From contig OY762007.1 of the NCBI GenBank assembly GCA_963665115.1, forward strand, positions 6,816,001-6,880,000: a stretch of 64,000 nucleotides of DNA. The letters are read 5' to 3'. The DNA is from an uncultured Rivularia sp. Its GTDB lineage: Bacteria > Cyanobacteriota > Cyanobacteriia > Cyanobacteriales > Nostocaceae. Below, piece after piece: positions 10,680-21,768 of this stretch. A model generated the notes under the pieces. The model did no database searches and was not told the DNA's origin. It saw nothing but the letters and a program-made list of their open reading frames with translations. The translations under genes were made by a program, and so were the position numbers. The number at the start of each line of letters is the position of its first letter. Positions within the stretch are counted from its first letter, which is position 1.

Positions 10680-11081
10680 ATGGCAGATATAGTTGATATT
10701 GCTGTTAGTGCTGATTCTTTTAATACCCTAGTTCAAGCAGTACAAGCTGCTAATTTAGTAGAAACATTAAAAAGTCCCGGACCTTTTACAGTTTTTGCAC
10801 CTAATGATGAAGCTTTTGCAAAATTACCAGCCGGGACTATTCAAACACTGTTGCAAAATATTCCTGGGCTAGCAAGAATTCTCACATATCATGTTGTAGC
10901 GGGCAAATTAATGCAGGCTGATTTAGCAAAATTGAAAACTGTAAAGTCTGTGGAAGGTTCCCCTATTAATATTAATTGTACCAATAATTTTGAAGTGAAA
11001 AATGCCACAGTTTTAGCAGCAGATATCGAAGCTGATAATGGTGTAATCCATGTAATTGATAAGGTTATTCTTATGGGTTGA
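10680..11081 (+). CDS. Fasciclin (FAS1) domain protein
   Basis: [20 protein letters not shown] and [10 protein letters not shown] motifs. Confidence 0.93.
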   Translation: MADIVDIAVSADSFNTLVQAVQAANLVETLKSPGPFTVFAPNDEAFAKLPAGTIQTLLQNIPGLARILTYHVVAGKLMQADLAKLKTVKSVEGSPININCTNNFEVKNATVLAADIEADNGVIHVIDKVILMG

Positions 11082-11478
11082 TAGCTTCGGTTCTTTAGTA
11101 CAAAGGAATGCTTTAAAATAGTCATTTTAAGGCAGTAGGGAGAAAATAGAATAAAGTCATTAAAATTTAAACATATATAATAATAAATCCTTACATAGCA
11201 ATTGTGTGAATAATTTTTACTAACAATGACCGCATACTAACAACTGAAGAACCAAATTTTCTTTATTTAAAATCTACAAAAAAATCACAACATTGTATTA
11301 ATAATGTTAACTATTTTGTTGTGCATGGTTAAGACCTAATTAAAAAGCTCTACCTGTAATAGACTTGTAACTATATTCAAATATTTTTAAACCATTCCGT
11401 TTATTTAAGTAGTAAGAGCCTGAGTTGGTTGCAATAAATTACAATTATCATCAGTAAACTGCTCACCGTCCACCGATA

Positions 11479-12693
11479 ATGCGTATTTTATTTTTACATC
11501 CTAATTTCCCGGCTCAATTTCGTCATTTGGCTGTAGCTTTGGCGCAAGATGCAAAGAATCAAGTTGTTTTTGCTACCAATCGTCGTGAAGGTTCATTGCC
11601 AGGAGTTATCAAAGCTATTTATGGTTCGAGTAGAGAAGTTCGTGGTGAAACTCACCATTATGTCAGACCATTAGAAAAAGCTGTTCTTCAAGGGCAAGGT
11701 GTTTACCGTTTAGCGGAAGAATTAAAGCAAAAGGGTTTTATTCCAGATATAGTTTACGGTCATTCGGGTTGGGGACCAACTTTATTTATCAAAGATGCTT
11801 TTCCCAAAGCTACTTTACTTTGTTATTTTGAATGGTTTTATCAAGCACATGGTTCCGACGCTGATTTCGATCCTATAGATCCCTTAACTCCCGATGATGA
11901 AGCTCGGATTCGGATCAAGAATGCTCCTATTCTGATTGACTTATACAGTTGCGATCGCGGTTTGTCTCCGACTAGTTGGCAGCGTCAGCAGTTCCCCCCC
12001 GAATATCAAAGTAAAATTACTGTTCATCATGATGGTATTGATACAAATTATTTTCAGCCGCAGCCAGGAGCAAAGTTAGTTTTACCCAGAATTAACCTCG
12101 ATCTTTCTGATGTGGAAGAAATTATTACTTATGTTGCCAGGGGTATGGAACCTTATCGAGGTTTTCCGCAATTTATCGAAACCGTTGCGTTACTTCAACA
12201 AAAAAGACCGAATTGTCATGTTGTAATTGTTGGTGAAGACAGAGTTGCTTATGGAAAGCAGCTTCCCAATAATCAAACTTACAAGCAGCTGATGCTGGAA
12301 AAAGTACCGCTAGATATGACAAGAGTTCATTTTACAGGCTTGTTACCTTATAGTGAATATCTGCAAGTATTGCAAGCTTCTTCGGTTCACATTTATTTAA
12401 CTCGTCCTTTTGTTTTATCCTGGTCAATGTTGGAAGCTTTATCTACAGGTTGCTTGATAGTTGCTTCAAATACAGCACCCGTAACTGAAGTAATTGAAGA
12501 TGGTGTCAATGGTTTGTTAGTAGATTTCTTTTCACCACAGGAAATATGCAATCGGGTTGAGGAAGTACTTAATAATCTCGATAAGATGTCTTCGATTCGA
12601 GAAAAAGCTAGAGAAACTATTTTACAAAAATACGATCTAGCGCAGTTGCTACCGAAGCATTTGGAGTGGATACAGCAAGATTTGAAAGCTTGA
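11479..12693 (+). CDS. Glycosyltransferase family 4 protein
   Basis: MRILFLHPNFPAQF, GHSGWG, RGMEPYRGFPQF and PFVLSWSMLEA motifs. Confidence 0.92.
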   Translation: MRILFLHPNFPAQFRHLAVALAQDAKNQVVFATNRREGSLPGVIKAIYGSSREVRGETHHYVRPLEKAVLQGQGVYRLAEELKQKGFIPDIVYGHSGWGPTLFIKDAFPKATLLCYFEWFYQAHGSDADFDPIDPLTPDDEARIRIKNAPILIDLYSCDRGLSPTSWQRQQFPPEYQSKITVHHDGIDTNYFQPQPGAKLVLPRINLDLSDVEEIITYVARGMEPYRGFPQFIETVALLQQKRPNCHVVIVGEDRVAYGKQLPNNQTYKQLMLEKVPLDMTRVHFTGLLPYSEYLQVLQASSVHIYLTRPFVLSWSMLEALSTGCLIVASNTAPVTEVIEDGVNGLLVDFFSPQEICNRVEEVLNNLDKMSSIREKARETILQKYDLAQLLPKHLEWIQQDLKA

Positions 12694-13124
12694 TTTAACG
12701 AGCGAAAAGGGGAATAGTGGAAAGGACTACTTAGAACTAATTAAGCGGACATGATACTTCATATTCTAATAAATCATGATTTAGAGAAATAAATTACGAA
12801 ATATTGCTATTTTTTTATTGTAAAAGTAGTTTATTTTTTACATAGTATGCTGTTTGCATAAATAGATATATTCACCCCTATTATATTCATATATACAGTT
12901 ATACATTTATATTAAGCAGGAGGGCAAAAAGAGAAATTTATTTGACTACTTTGTAAGCCCAGTAAAATTGCCTCGATACACTATTATAGATTGCCGAAGT
13001 ATAAAGTTATTGTATTTTTCGGAAATAACGGTTGAGCGGACTGTATTCATAGATAGAAAGCAAGTTTGACAACTACAAGCTTTCTCACAAGCTATAGCGA
13101 TTCTAAATAGAAACCGATTGATTT

Positions 13125-13201
13125 GTAGTGCGTTAGCGAAGCGTGTCTGAAAGACAAGCATCTTGCTCGCTCGGTACTAGCGAGCATCTTGCTCGCACTA
13201 C
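13125..13201. repeat. GTAG...CTAC REP-like doublet interrupted by a 24-bp SDR-like insert (13133-13156)
   Basis: GTAGTGCG|insert|AGCATCTTGCTCGC...GCGAGCATCTTGCTCGCACTAC; removing the insert restores the left palindrome. Confidence 0.8.
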
Positions 13202-13282
13202 GGAAATTAATTGGAATGACTATATATTCTTAAATGTCAAGCAAACTAATACTTGTAATTTGTAAACTAAGAGAAATTAATC

Positions 13283-13816
13283 ATGAAATCTAATCTGAAA
13301 GTTTTATTGTTATCTTTAGGTATGATTGTAAGTTCAGTTGGTACTATTGGTGCTGTAACTGCTCAACAACCTAGCCAAGCTTCACCAAAAAATTCATTAA
13401 GTCTTCAACAAAACAACTTTATTCAAGCATCAGCAAAGCAAGTTCGAGATAGAGAATGGAAAGCCTTCTTTAGTAGTCAATATGATTATTGGGATGCTCG
13501 CGTACTTGCAGATTACTGGGGACAATCGATCGGTGAAGCAAAAGCGAGAATGGGTAGAAAAATTCTTTGGGGTAAATCTGATGTTGCAATTCTCGAACAA
13601 TTTTTGGTAGATGCAAGATTTAAAGCTTTACAGAAAATGCAAAGTTCTAGTCCTTCTTTAGAATTATATGGCGAATCAAAGTACAAATACGATGATGCAG
13701 CAAAACTTGCTAAACTTTGGGGTGAGCGTTCCCCTTGGGAAGCAAAAATACGGATTGAGAAAAACTTAATTTTAGGTCAACAAGAGGTTATTGAACAAGC
13801 TTTAAGAGCAAGATAA
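13283..13816 (+). CDS. Secreted hypothetical protein with internal duplication
   Basis: Signal peptide and two repeats of Y.Y.DA..LA..WG.....EAK.R....I..G. Confidence 0.85.
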   Translation: MKSNLKVLLLSLGMIVSSVGTIGAVTAQQPSQASPKNSLSLQQNNFIQASAKQVRDREWKAFFSSQYDYWDARVLADYWGQSIGEAKARMGRKILWGKSDVAILEQFLVDARFKALQKMQSSSPSLELYGESKYKYDDAAKLAKLWGERSPWEAKIRIEKNLILGQQEVIEQALRAR

Positions 13817-13938
13817 ATCAATTAATTATTAAAGTAATTATTAAATATTTTACTGTGTCGCAAAATGTTTTAGATATGTTACTAGGTGGGCTTATTACCT
13901 ACCTATTTTTTTGTCTTCAATAACAACTAATTATATTT

Positions 13939-15051
13939 ATGTCTAAATTAAACTGGAAAATCGGCTGTGAGATTGAATTATTAGCACCAAAAGGTTTAAG
14001 TAGAAAAGATTTAGCAGAATCAATAGCAAAAGCAAATAATGCAACAGTACGTCGGATATTTTATCCTCAATCCGAACCAAGTCAGGTTCCGGGAACGCCT
14101 TTATTTCATAATCTAACTTTAGGCTTTGAAGTTATCGATCGACAAGGAAATTTAATTGCGAAATGCGTTGACGATTTAACTCTTCAAGATGATTTAGATA
14201 AATCGCATCCATCGAAACCGGGATGGTATCGAATTGTTAGCGATGACACTCGATTTTTGCAATTAATTACCTGTCAAGCAAAAGCCGAACAAAGTAAATC
14301 TGAAGTTCTTCACCCCATCGCCGATTTATTTGGAACTCATGTAGAAGAGGGAGTCGAAGGAATGATGCGCGTTACTGATAATACTGGTAATCCGATTGCG
14401 ATCGCAGCATTGTTACCAGGAGAGCGAGAGCGCCCCTGCGAGCTAATTTCACCGCCTATAGATACAAATCATTTAGAAAAATTAGAAGTTCTTTTAAAAA
14501 CAGCGCGTCTGCTTAATTTTACTGTTCCCGTTGAAGGTGCAACTCACATTCACTTTGATGCAAAACCATTATGTTCTGCAAATGTATTTACTAATTTAGT
14601 TAATGTTTTTCATGCACATGGTCAAAATCTAAAAAAATTAATAGGAACTAACTTCAAGTGCAGGCGTTTGGGCAATTGGGATATAGCTTTACTAAAACTA
14701 GTTAACGAATCCGGTTTTCGAGAATTACCGTGGCAAGAGGCTAAAACGCGACTTGCTAAACTTGAATTAACAAAATACTGTGACTTTAATTTAAAAAACT
14801 TAATTCATCCCGTACCAGATAAACTTACCTTTGAAGCTCGTATTTTTCCTGTTTGGCTTGATTCACAACCTATAATCGAAGCTGCGGCTTTATGCGAGGC
14901 AATTCTTCGGTATGCGATGAGTGAATTTCAGATACCGCCTACTGCACCTCTAGAATGGGAATTAAAATCGGTGCAAGAATTTATTAAATTACTTCCAATT
15001 TCAACAGATATTCGCGATATTTGGTTATCTCGTGCTGCAACTATTAGTTAA
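13939..15051 (+). CDS. Putative amidoligase (Amidoligase_2 / glutamine synthetase-like COOH-NH2 ligase family)
   Basis: IGCEIE, CELISPP, THIHFD, KYCDFNL and TFEARIF motifs. Confidence 0.78.
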   Translation: MSKLNWKIGCEIELLAPKGLSRKDLAESIAKANNATVRRIFYPQSEPSQVPGTPLFHNLTLGFEVIDRQGNLIAKCVDDLTLQDDLDKSHPSKPGWYRIVSDDTRFLQLITCQAKAEQSKSEVLHPIADLFGTHVEEGVEGMMRVTDNTGNPIAIAALLPGERERPCELISPPIDTNHLEKLEVLLKTARLLNFTVPVEGATHIHFDAKPLCSANVFTNLVNVFHAHGQNLKKLIGTNFKCRRLGNWDIALLKLVNESGFRELPWQEAKTRLAKLELTKYCDFNLKNLIHPVPDKLTFEARIFPVWLDSQPIIEAAALCEAILRYAMSEFQIPPTAPLEWELKSVQEFIKLLPISTDIRDIWLSRAATIS

Positions 15052-15087
15052 ATATATAGCAATTATAAATAAGTGATGATAATGAAT

Positions 15088-15118
15088 AAACCCGGTTTTT
15101 TCAAAAAACCGGGTTTCT
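15088..15118. repeat. Palindrome AAACCCGGTTTTTTCAAAAAACCGGGTTT (terminator-like; related copy at 24745-24772)
   Basis: Near-perfect inverted repeat just downstream of stop codons at both sites. Confidence 0.7.
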
Positions 15119-15461
15119 TAACGCCTTATTTTCAACTTGTTAAACCTATACCAAGCGCATAATATCTTTTCTTTGTTAAGAAGCGCCGATTTTATAGATA
15201 ATTTAATTACGACTATATGCATCTTGAGGAAGTTCCTTAAATTTCAACATCCATAGGAGACTAGATATAGAACCACCAAATATCTATCGAATATTGGAAG
15301 TTGGTTGCATTCGCTGGCTACTGACATACCGCCAATTGAGAAGCGGGAAGTTTTAACTTATCGCTGATTCTCAACACAGGCTTTTCTTCAATACCCAGCA
15401 CTTCAATTCAATACCAGTATTAAAGCTACGATTTTTAGAAAATACATGAAATGGAGGATTT

Positions 15462-17990
15462 ATGCGAGCAGTACTTATGGCTGGAGGTTCCGGAACGCGG
15501 CTTCGTCCGCTAACTTGTGACTTACCTAAACCAATGGTGCCCATCCTCAACCGGCCAATTGCCGAACATATTATCAATCTTCTCAAAAGGCACGACATTA
15601 CAGAAATTATCGCTACCTTGCATTATTTACCAGATACAATGCGAGACTACTTTCAAGATGGTAGCGATTTTGGCGTACAGATGACTTACGCTGTCGAAGA
15701 AGACCAACCTTTAGGTACGGCAGGTTGTGTAAAGAACATTGCCGAACTTCTCGATGATACGTTTTTGGTGATTAGTGGAGATAGTATTACTGATTTTGAC
15801 TTAACAGCAGCAATTAAATATCACAAAGAAAAGAGATCCAAAGCAACTTTAATTTTGACTCGCGTTCCCAATCCAATTGAATTTGGAGTAGTTATTACTG
15901 ATGAAGAAGGAAGCATCAAGCGATTTTTAGAAAAGCCTTCCACCAGCGAAATTTTCTCCGACACGGTTAATACTGGCGCTTATATTTTGGAACCCGAAGT
16001 TTTGGAATATCTACCAGCTAACCAAGAATCTGACTTTTCCAAGGAGTTATTCCCCCTACTGCTGGAAAAAGGCGAACCAATGTATGGTTATGTTGCTTCC
16101 GGTTACTGGTGCGATGTGGGACACTTGGATGCTTACCGCGAAGCTCAGTATGATGTACTCAACCATAAAGTTAAAGCTGATTTTCCTTACAAAGAGGTTT
16201 CACCCGGTTTGTGGGTTGGTCAAAATACTCACATCGAGTCTTCAGCAGTAATTGAAACACCAGCTTTAATTGGCGATAACTGTCGTATTGGCAATAGAGT
16301 TCAGATTGAAGCCGGAACCGTTATTGGAGACAACGTTACTATTGGTGCCGATGCCAATTTAAAACGTCCAATAGTGTGGAATGGAGCAATAGTTGGTGAC
16401 GAAGCTCAATTAAGTGCCTGTGTAATTTCTCGGGGTACTCGTGTAGACCGTCGCGCTCACGTACTCGAAGCTGCGGTAGTCGGTTCGCTTTCCAGCGTGG
16501 GAGAAGAAGCCCAAATAAGCCCTGGAGTGCGCGTCTGGCCTAGTAAAAAGATTGAATCCGGCGCAATCTTAAATATAAACTTGATTTGGGGTAACACAGC
16601 CCAACGTAATTTATTTGGACAGCGCGGCGTTCAAGGATTAGCCAATATTGACATTACCCCAGAATTTGCCGTTAAGTTGGGTGCTGCTTACGGTTCTACT
16701 TTGAAACCAGGTTCCGAAGTGACGGTTTCCAGGGATCAGCGGACTATCTCCCGCATGGTAACTCGGTCGTTGATAGCTGGTTTAATGTCTGTGGGTATCG
16801 AAATTCAAAACTTAGATGCAACAGCTTTACCAATTGCTCGCACCATCATACCTAACATGAAAGTAGCAGGCGGTATTCACGTGCGGGTACATCCCAACCG
16901 TGCCGACTACCTCCTGATTGAATTTATGGATAATAAAGGAATCAATATTCCTAAAGCCAAAGAAAAGAAAATCGAAGGTGCATATTTTAAAGAAGATATG
17001 CGACGAGCGCAAATTCATGAAATTGGTAATGTTGCCTATCCTACCCAATTAGTTGACCGTTACTGCAACGCTTTTGAAAATCTTTTAAACATCGACACCA
17101 TTCGTCACAGTCGAGCAAAAGTGGTGATTGACTACGTTTACGGGGTGTCTGGGGCTGTATTACCGCAGATGTTAGATAAATTTGGTGCTGATGCGGTGGT
17201 ACTAAATGCCAGCTTAAATAAACTCGCCACCTCAGAAACCGATCGCGAAGCCTTATTAACTCAATTAGGCCATGTAGTCGAAGCACTCAAAGCTAACTTT
17301 GGCGTACAGGTAACGGCAAACGGCGAGCAAATGATCTTAGTTGATGAATCCGGTATTCCCATTCGTGGGGAAATGCTCACAGCCTTGATGGTAGACATGA
17401 TGTTAACTGCCAATCCCAGAGGAAGTGTAGTAGTACCAGTTCATTCTTCTAGCGCTGTAGAACAAATCGCTCGTCGTCATGACGGTAAAGTGATTCGTAC
17501 CAAAGCAAATTCCACAGCATTAATGGAAGCTTGTCAACAAAATCCCAACGTTGTTTTAGGTGGTAGCGGCGACACCGGGTTTATTGTTCCAGCACTGCAT
17601 CCCGGATTTGATTCGATGTTCTGTATCGCCAAGTTGATTGAAATGCTAACAATTCAAGAACGTTCACTTACCACAGTACGTTCCGAATTACCCCGCGTAA
17701 TTCACAAAACTTACACCACTCGCTGTCCTTGGACGGTTAAAGGTGCATTAATGCGTCACTTAGTAGAAACTCATCCCCCAGAGCAATTGGAATTAATTGA
17801 CGGGGTGAAAATTTGTCAACCCTACGAAGACAGTTGGGTACTAGTTCTACCAGATGCAAGCGAACCATTAGTGCATCTATTCGTTAACAGCAACGATCGC
17901 GACTGGGTAGACGAATCCTTAAGAAAATACCGCGCCCGCGTTCAAGAATTTGTCGAAACAGAGCAAGAGTTAGCTGTGGCGGAAGTTTAA
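15462..17990 (+). CDS. Mannose-1-phosphate guanylyltransferase / phosphomannomutase-like fusion
   Basis: [20 protein letters not shown]-transferase, hexapeptide LbH region, then PGM/PMM-like domains (LFGQRGVQG...). Confidence 0.92.
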   Translation: MRAVLMAGGSGTRLRPLTCDLPKPMVPILNRPIAEHIINLLKRHDITEIIATLHYLPDTMRDYFQDGSDFGVQMTYAVEEDQPLGTAGCVKNIAELLDDTFLVISGDSITDFDLTAAIKYHKEKRSKATLILTRVPNPIEFGVVITDEEGSIKRFLEKPSTSEIFSDTVNTGAYILEPEVLEYLPANQESDFSKELFPLLLEKGEPMYGYVASGYWCDVGHLDAYREAQYDVLNHKVKADFPYKEVSPGLWVGQNTHIESSAVIETPALIGDNCRIGNRVQIEAGTVIGDNVTIGADANLKRPIVWNGAIVGDEAQLSACVISRGTRVDRRAHVLEAAVVGSLSSVGEEAQISPGVRVWPSKKIESGAILNINLIWGNTAQRNLFGQRGVQGLANIDITPEFAVKLGAAYGSTLKPGSEVTVSRDQRTISRMVTRSLIAGLMSVGIEIQNLDATALPIARTIIPNMKVAGGIHVRVHPNRADYLLIEFMDNKGINIPKAKEKKIEGAYFKEDMRRAQIHEIGNVAYPTQLVDRYCNAFENLLNIDTIRHSRAKVVIDYVYGVSGAVLPQMLDKFGADAVVLNASLNKLATSETDREALLTQLGHVVEALKANFGVQVTANGEQMILVDESGIPIRGEMLTALMVDMMLTANPRGSVVVPVHSSSAVEQIARRHDGKVIRTKANSTALMEACQQNPNVVLGGSGDTGFIVPALHPGFDSMFCIAKLIEMLTIQERSLTTVRSELPRVIHKTYTTRCPWTVKGALMRHLVETHPPEQLELIDGVKICQPYEDSWVLVLPDASEPLVHLFVNSNDRDWVDESLRKYRARVQEFVETEQELAVAEV

Positions 17991-18160
17991 TGGTGATGGG
18001 GTGATGGGGTGATGGGTAGAGGGGGTAGAGGGGGTAGAGGGGGTAGAGTGGGGGAAGGATAATCACTTACTTGCTACTCCTAACTCCTAACTCTTTCCCA
18101 ATCCCCAATGCCCCATGCCCAATTACCAATTACCCATTACCAATTACCTATTCCCAATTC

Positions 18161-19553
18161 TCATTTTTCAAACGGTAATGACGGTGAGTTGCTTTTAGGA
18201 AATATCGCTAGTTCGGTTTCTGGATCGAAGAAGTGAATTTTCTCTGGGTTTAGGGATAACCATACTTTTTCTCCCGTATTTACCAATTTTTCGGGGGGTA
18301 CTCTCACTTGCAACTCATCTGATGCTAAATAATCTTTTTGAAATTTTGTTTCAATTAGTTTGACTGCAAGATAACTATCGTTACCGAGATTTTCTGTCCA
18401 TTCTACTTGTGCTGGTAAATTCTTAGTCGCAGGTAGGCTTATATTCCAGTGTTCCGGACGAACTCCTAATATTAGGGTTCGTCCGTTGTATTTTCGTAAA
18501 GCATTGCCCCAATCTTCTGGTAGGGTTAAGCGAAAATCACCCTTGGTTATCAAACGAGGCGATTGAAATTTTACCTCAATAAAATTCATGGGCGCGGAGC
18601 CGATAAACTCTGCCACAAAACGGTTTGCAGGACGATTGTAAATTTCTAATGGGGGAGCAACCTGCATTATTTGACCTCGATTCATCACTGCAACCCTATC
18701 GCCCATTGTCATTGCTTCTGTTCGATCGTGTGTAACGTAAATTGTAGTTATTCCCAGTTGACGTTGCAGCTTGACTATCTCAGCACGAGTTTGCATTCGC
18801 AATTTGGCATCTAAATTAGATAGCGGTTCATCCATCAAAAATACTTGTGGGTTACGAGCAATTGCACGCCCTAATGCTACTCGCTGTCTTTGTCCCCCCA
18901 GACAATTCTTTGGGATATCTATTTAACAACTCTTCTATTTGCAATAATTTAACTACATTACTTACCCGTTCGTTTACTACTTGCTCTTTATCCGAAACGT
19001 ACCGCAAACCTTTCGGTAATTTCCTTGTAGCCGCTACCACTAAATTTTCTGCTATTTTTGATAATTCATTTAATAATTTCCCCCTATCTCCCCCTTCGGG
19101 TATCTCCTCCGGAGACGCTTCGCTAACACCACTTCTCTCAACGGAGGGAACCTCCGCACGAGAGTGGATTCCCCATCTCCCCCTCTCCTCTCTCCCTGCT
19201 TGAATTCTCAATCCAAAAGCAATGTTGTCATACACCGTCATGTGGGGATAAAGGGCGTAATTCTGAAACACCATTGCAATATTTCTTTGAGAAGGTGAAA
19301 GGTAGTTTACAGCACGATTTTCTACCCAAATATTACCTCCGGTAATATCTTCTAAACCTGCAATTAACCGCAGCAATGTACTTTTTCCACAACCAGAAGG
19401 TCCCACCAACACCATAAATTCGCCATTTTCGACGGTGAGATTAATTCTCCGCAATACGGGAGCGCTTTCGCTGCGATGAGTATTATCAGATGCAACTTTA
19501 CTTTTATGGGTGGGAAAACTCTTGTAAACGTTTTCTAAAACAACTTGCGCCAC
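18161..19553 (-). CDS. Sugar ABC transporter ATP-binding protein (MalK/UgpC family; +1 frameshift ~18895; in-frame repeat insert)
   Basis: [26 protein letters not shown](QRQR) broken at a G6 run, [12 protein letters not shown] and C-terminal TOBE region. Confidence 0.9.
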
Positions 19554-19894
19554 GAGTCCTTCCGTGCTTCAATACTTTTCGGTTTGCGCTAATAATACAG
19601 CTTTGAAAAATTAAAAGAAAGTAAATAAACTTATCTCAAGTATTGTTACCTTTATGGAACCATTTTAAATACTCAGTGATAATACTGTTGGCAGAGAACC
19701 ATTTTCACTTCAATTGAAATCAAAATTTTTTATTTTGTGCTTTCTGAATCTTTCTTCGTCAGCCTTTTACATTCACAATATAAATGTAAAGTTTTTCTAA
19801 TGTGTGAAGAGTAAGGCTATTTTTCTTCGCCTGATATTACTTAACAGAGATTCAGGTGTGCCCGCGCAGACAGATTTATTTGTGAAGGCACTTT

Positions 19895-20110
19895 ATGTAT
19901 AGTACTAAAGAACTAATTAAGTATAAGAATTACGTTATACAGCCGTATCATCATTCTCACGAAGCGCCAGATAAACAATGGGGATATCGGATATGGAAAG
20001 GTTATGAATTAATGTGCGTAGATGAAATTGGCACTCAATCCTCTTTAGAGGCTATAAAGGCTGCCATACAAGAAATTGAGAAAGGTGTTCTATGTCGATT
20101 TTGTCAGTGA
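19895..20110 (+). CDS. Small hypothetical protein
   Basis: 71-aa ORF, GAAGG upstream, protein-like composition. Confidence 0.55.
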   Translation: MYSTKELIKYKNYVIQPYHHSHEAPDKQWGYRIWKGYELMCVDEIGTQSSLEAIKAAIQEIEKGVLCRFCQ

Positions 20111-20148
20111 AAAACCCGCCCCCGAGCCAACGCTATAGTTAAGGTTCA

Positions 20149-20352
20149 CTAACTCTCATATTCATAAATTTTACTATCTGAAACCCGATAATCGCGAGAT
20201 TGCATTACTTCCTGTTCCGCTTCTTGCAAAGCTTGCTGGGCTTCTTCCCTTGTCTTAAACCCTTTAATACTTGTTTTGAATCCCTCAGCCGCATCGGTGT
20301 TATTAGCGCCTAAATTCAGCTTTTTAGATTGTTCTATGTAATATCCAAACAT
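20149..20352 (-). CDS. Small hypothetical protein
   Basis: 67-aa ORF with GFKTREEAQQAL motif, convergent with the previous ORF. Confidence 0.55.
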   Translation of the reverse strand: MFGYYIEQSKKLNLGANNTDAAEGFKTSIKGFKTREEAQQALQEAEQEVMQSRDYRVSDSKIYEYES

Positions 20353-20598
20353 TCACTTAGTAATATATAGGGTGACTATAATTCGTAATTCGTAATTCGT
20401 AAAAATATAATAAAAGCACTGTAATAATGGCGATCGCCCCGATTGAGAACTTTCCAAAAACCTCAATATTTACAATTTAAACGACTTGTATACTATTTTA
20501 CGAGAACAATCATACAACTTTCTTGCAGAAATGAAAGCTGACTTCCGCCAAACTTATGTTCAAATTTACCACTATTTTCTTTACCGATCCGAGCCGTA

Positions 20599-20630
20599 AA
20601 GATCCTGTATTCATGCGTGGGGAGTGTCAA
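20599..20630 (+). mobile_element. Decayed IS200/IS605-family (tnpB) right end
   Basis: ...ATTCATGCGTGGGGAGTGTCAA resembles the subterminal-hairpin arm + TCAA terminus of cyanobacterial IS605/IS1341 right ends. No tnpA/tnpB ORF is adjacent. Confidence 0.45.
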
Positions 20631-20693
20631 CTAGCTGCCTTTATCCCCACAAAATAAATAAAGCAGCTTTAAAATTTCAAAATGCCCCTAAAT

Positions 20694-20707
20694 GGTACAA
20701 TAGTACT
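20694..20707. promoter_or_regulatory. Cyanobacterial LexA box upstream of ssb
   Basis: GGTAC-AAT-A-GTACT fits the Anabaena LexA consensus RGTACNNNDGTWCB; about 200 bp upstream of ssb. Confidence 0.7.
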
Positions 20708-20905
20708 GAATGCAGAATCAGCAGTCAGGCAAAGTTACCGAACAGTTGTAAATAACAGTTCGTAGCTTTCGCTTGGCTTTTATCATTAAAATAGCTTGCA
20801 GGTTAGATTGTCTAATATTTTTTTGTTACGAAAGTTTGAGAAACAGAAAAAAGTTGAGCATAAATTGATATTTGTCACAGCAAGCGTAATTTTAGGAGAT
20901 TTTTT

Positions 20906-21457
20906 ATGAACAGTTGCGTATTAATGGCAGAGATTATTCAACAACCCGAGTTGCGCTATACAGCGGACAATCAACTAGAAATTACACAAATGCTGGTACA
21001 GTTTTGGGGAGCAAGAGATAACGATCCACCAGCAAACTTAAAAGTAGTCAGTTTTGGTAAGTTAGCAAAAGAGATTCAAGAAAATTATAAAGAAGGCGAT
21101 CGCGTTATTCTAGTAGGTCGTTTGAGTATGAATACGATCGAACGTCCGGAGGGTTTCAAGGAGAAGCGTGCTGAAATGACAGTGCAGCAAATCCAACATA
21201 CAGCAGGAGGTTTTGAGACAAATCCGATGCAAACACAAACTCAATCAATACCCTCAGTACCCATAGCAACTCCCCAAGCACAAACTGTAAATCCCGTACC
21301 TCAAGCAGCTAAGCCAGTTTCGGCTAGAAGCATTAACACAGCACCTTCTCAAAACGTTCCGCAACCCGAACCCGTATCCCAACCGACAAATTACGAACCA
21401 AGCACCTATCCGGCGATGGTAGAAGAAGACATCCAAGAAGACGACATCCCGTTTTAA
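20906..21457 (+). CDS. ssb: Single-stranded DNA-binding protein (cyanobacterial type)
   Basis: MNSCVLMAEIIQQPELRYT OB fold, Pro/Gln-rich linker, acidic DDIPF tail; AGGAG RBS. Confidence 0.92.
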   Translation: MNSCVLMAEIIQQPELRYTADNQLEITQMLVQFWGARDNDPPANLKVVSFGKLAKEIQENYKEGDRVILVGRLSMNTIERPEGFKEKRAEMTVQQIQHTAGGFETNPMQTQTQSIPSVPIATPQAQTVNPVPQAAKPVSARSINTAPSQNVPQPEPVSQPTNYEPSTYPAMVEEDIQEDDIPF

Positions 21458-21469
21458 ATATTACACAAT

Positions 21470-21499
21470 GTAGAGACGTTGCCGGGCGCAACGTCTTTA
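21470..21499. repeat. GTAGAGACG-type REP palindrome
   Basis: GTAGAGACGTTGC-cgggc-GCAACGTCT; same family at 53699, 54674, 62262 and 63755. Confidence 0.75.
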
Positions 21500-21768
21500 T
21501 CCGTAATGCATAACAAATAATCGGCTGTATATTTTCTATTCGCTTTACCTAAATTTAACAATCCAAACATTCGTTACTTTAGTTACCGTATCGCTTGCAA
21601 CATTTGCTATAACCTATTTATAATATTTGGTCTACTTTTAACAGCAAATTCAACTTAGATGTAAAAATTCAAAAAAAAATACTTTCTACTACTGACAAAA
21701 ATAAATCTGCTGTTAAAATCCAATTAAATTAAAGTTAAATCCTTCTTAAGAATCTACCCCCGACTTCC

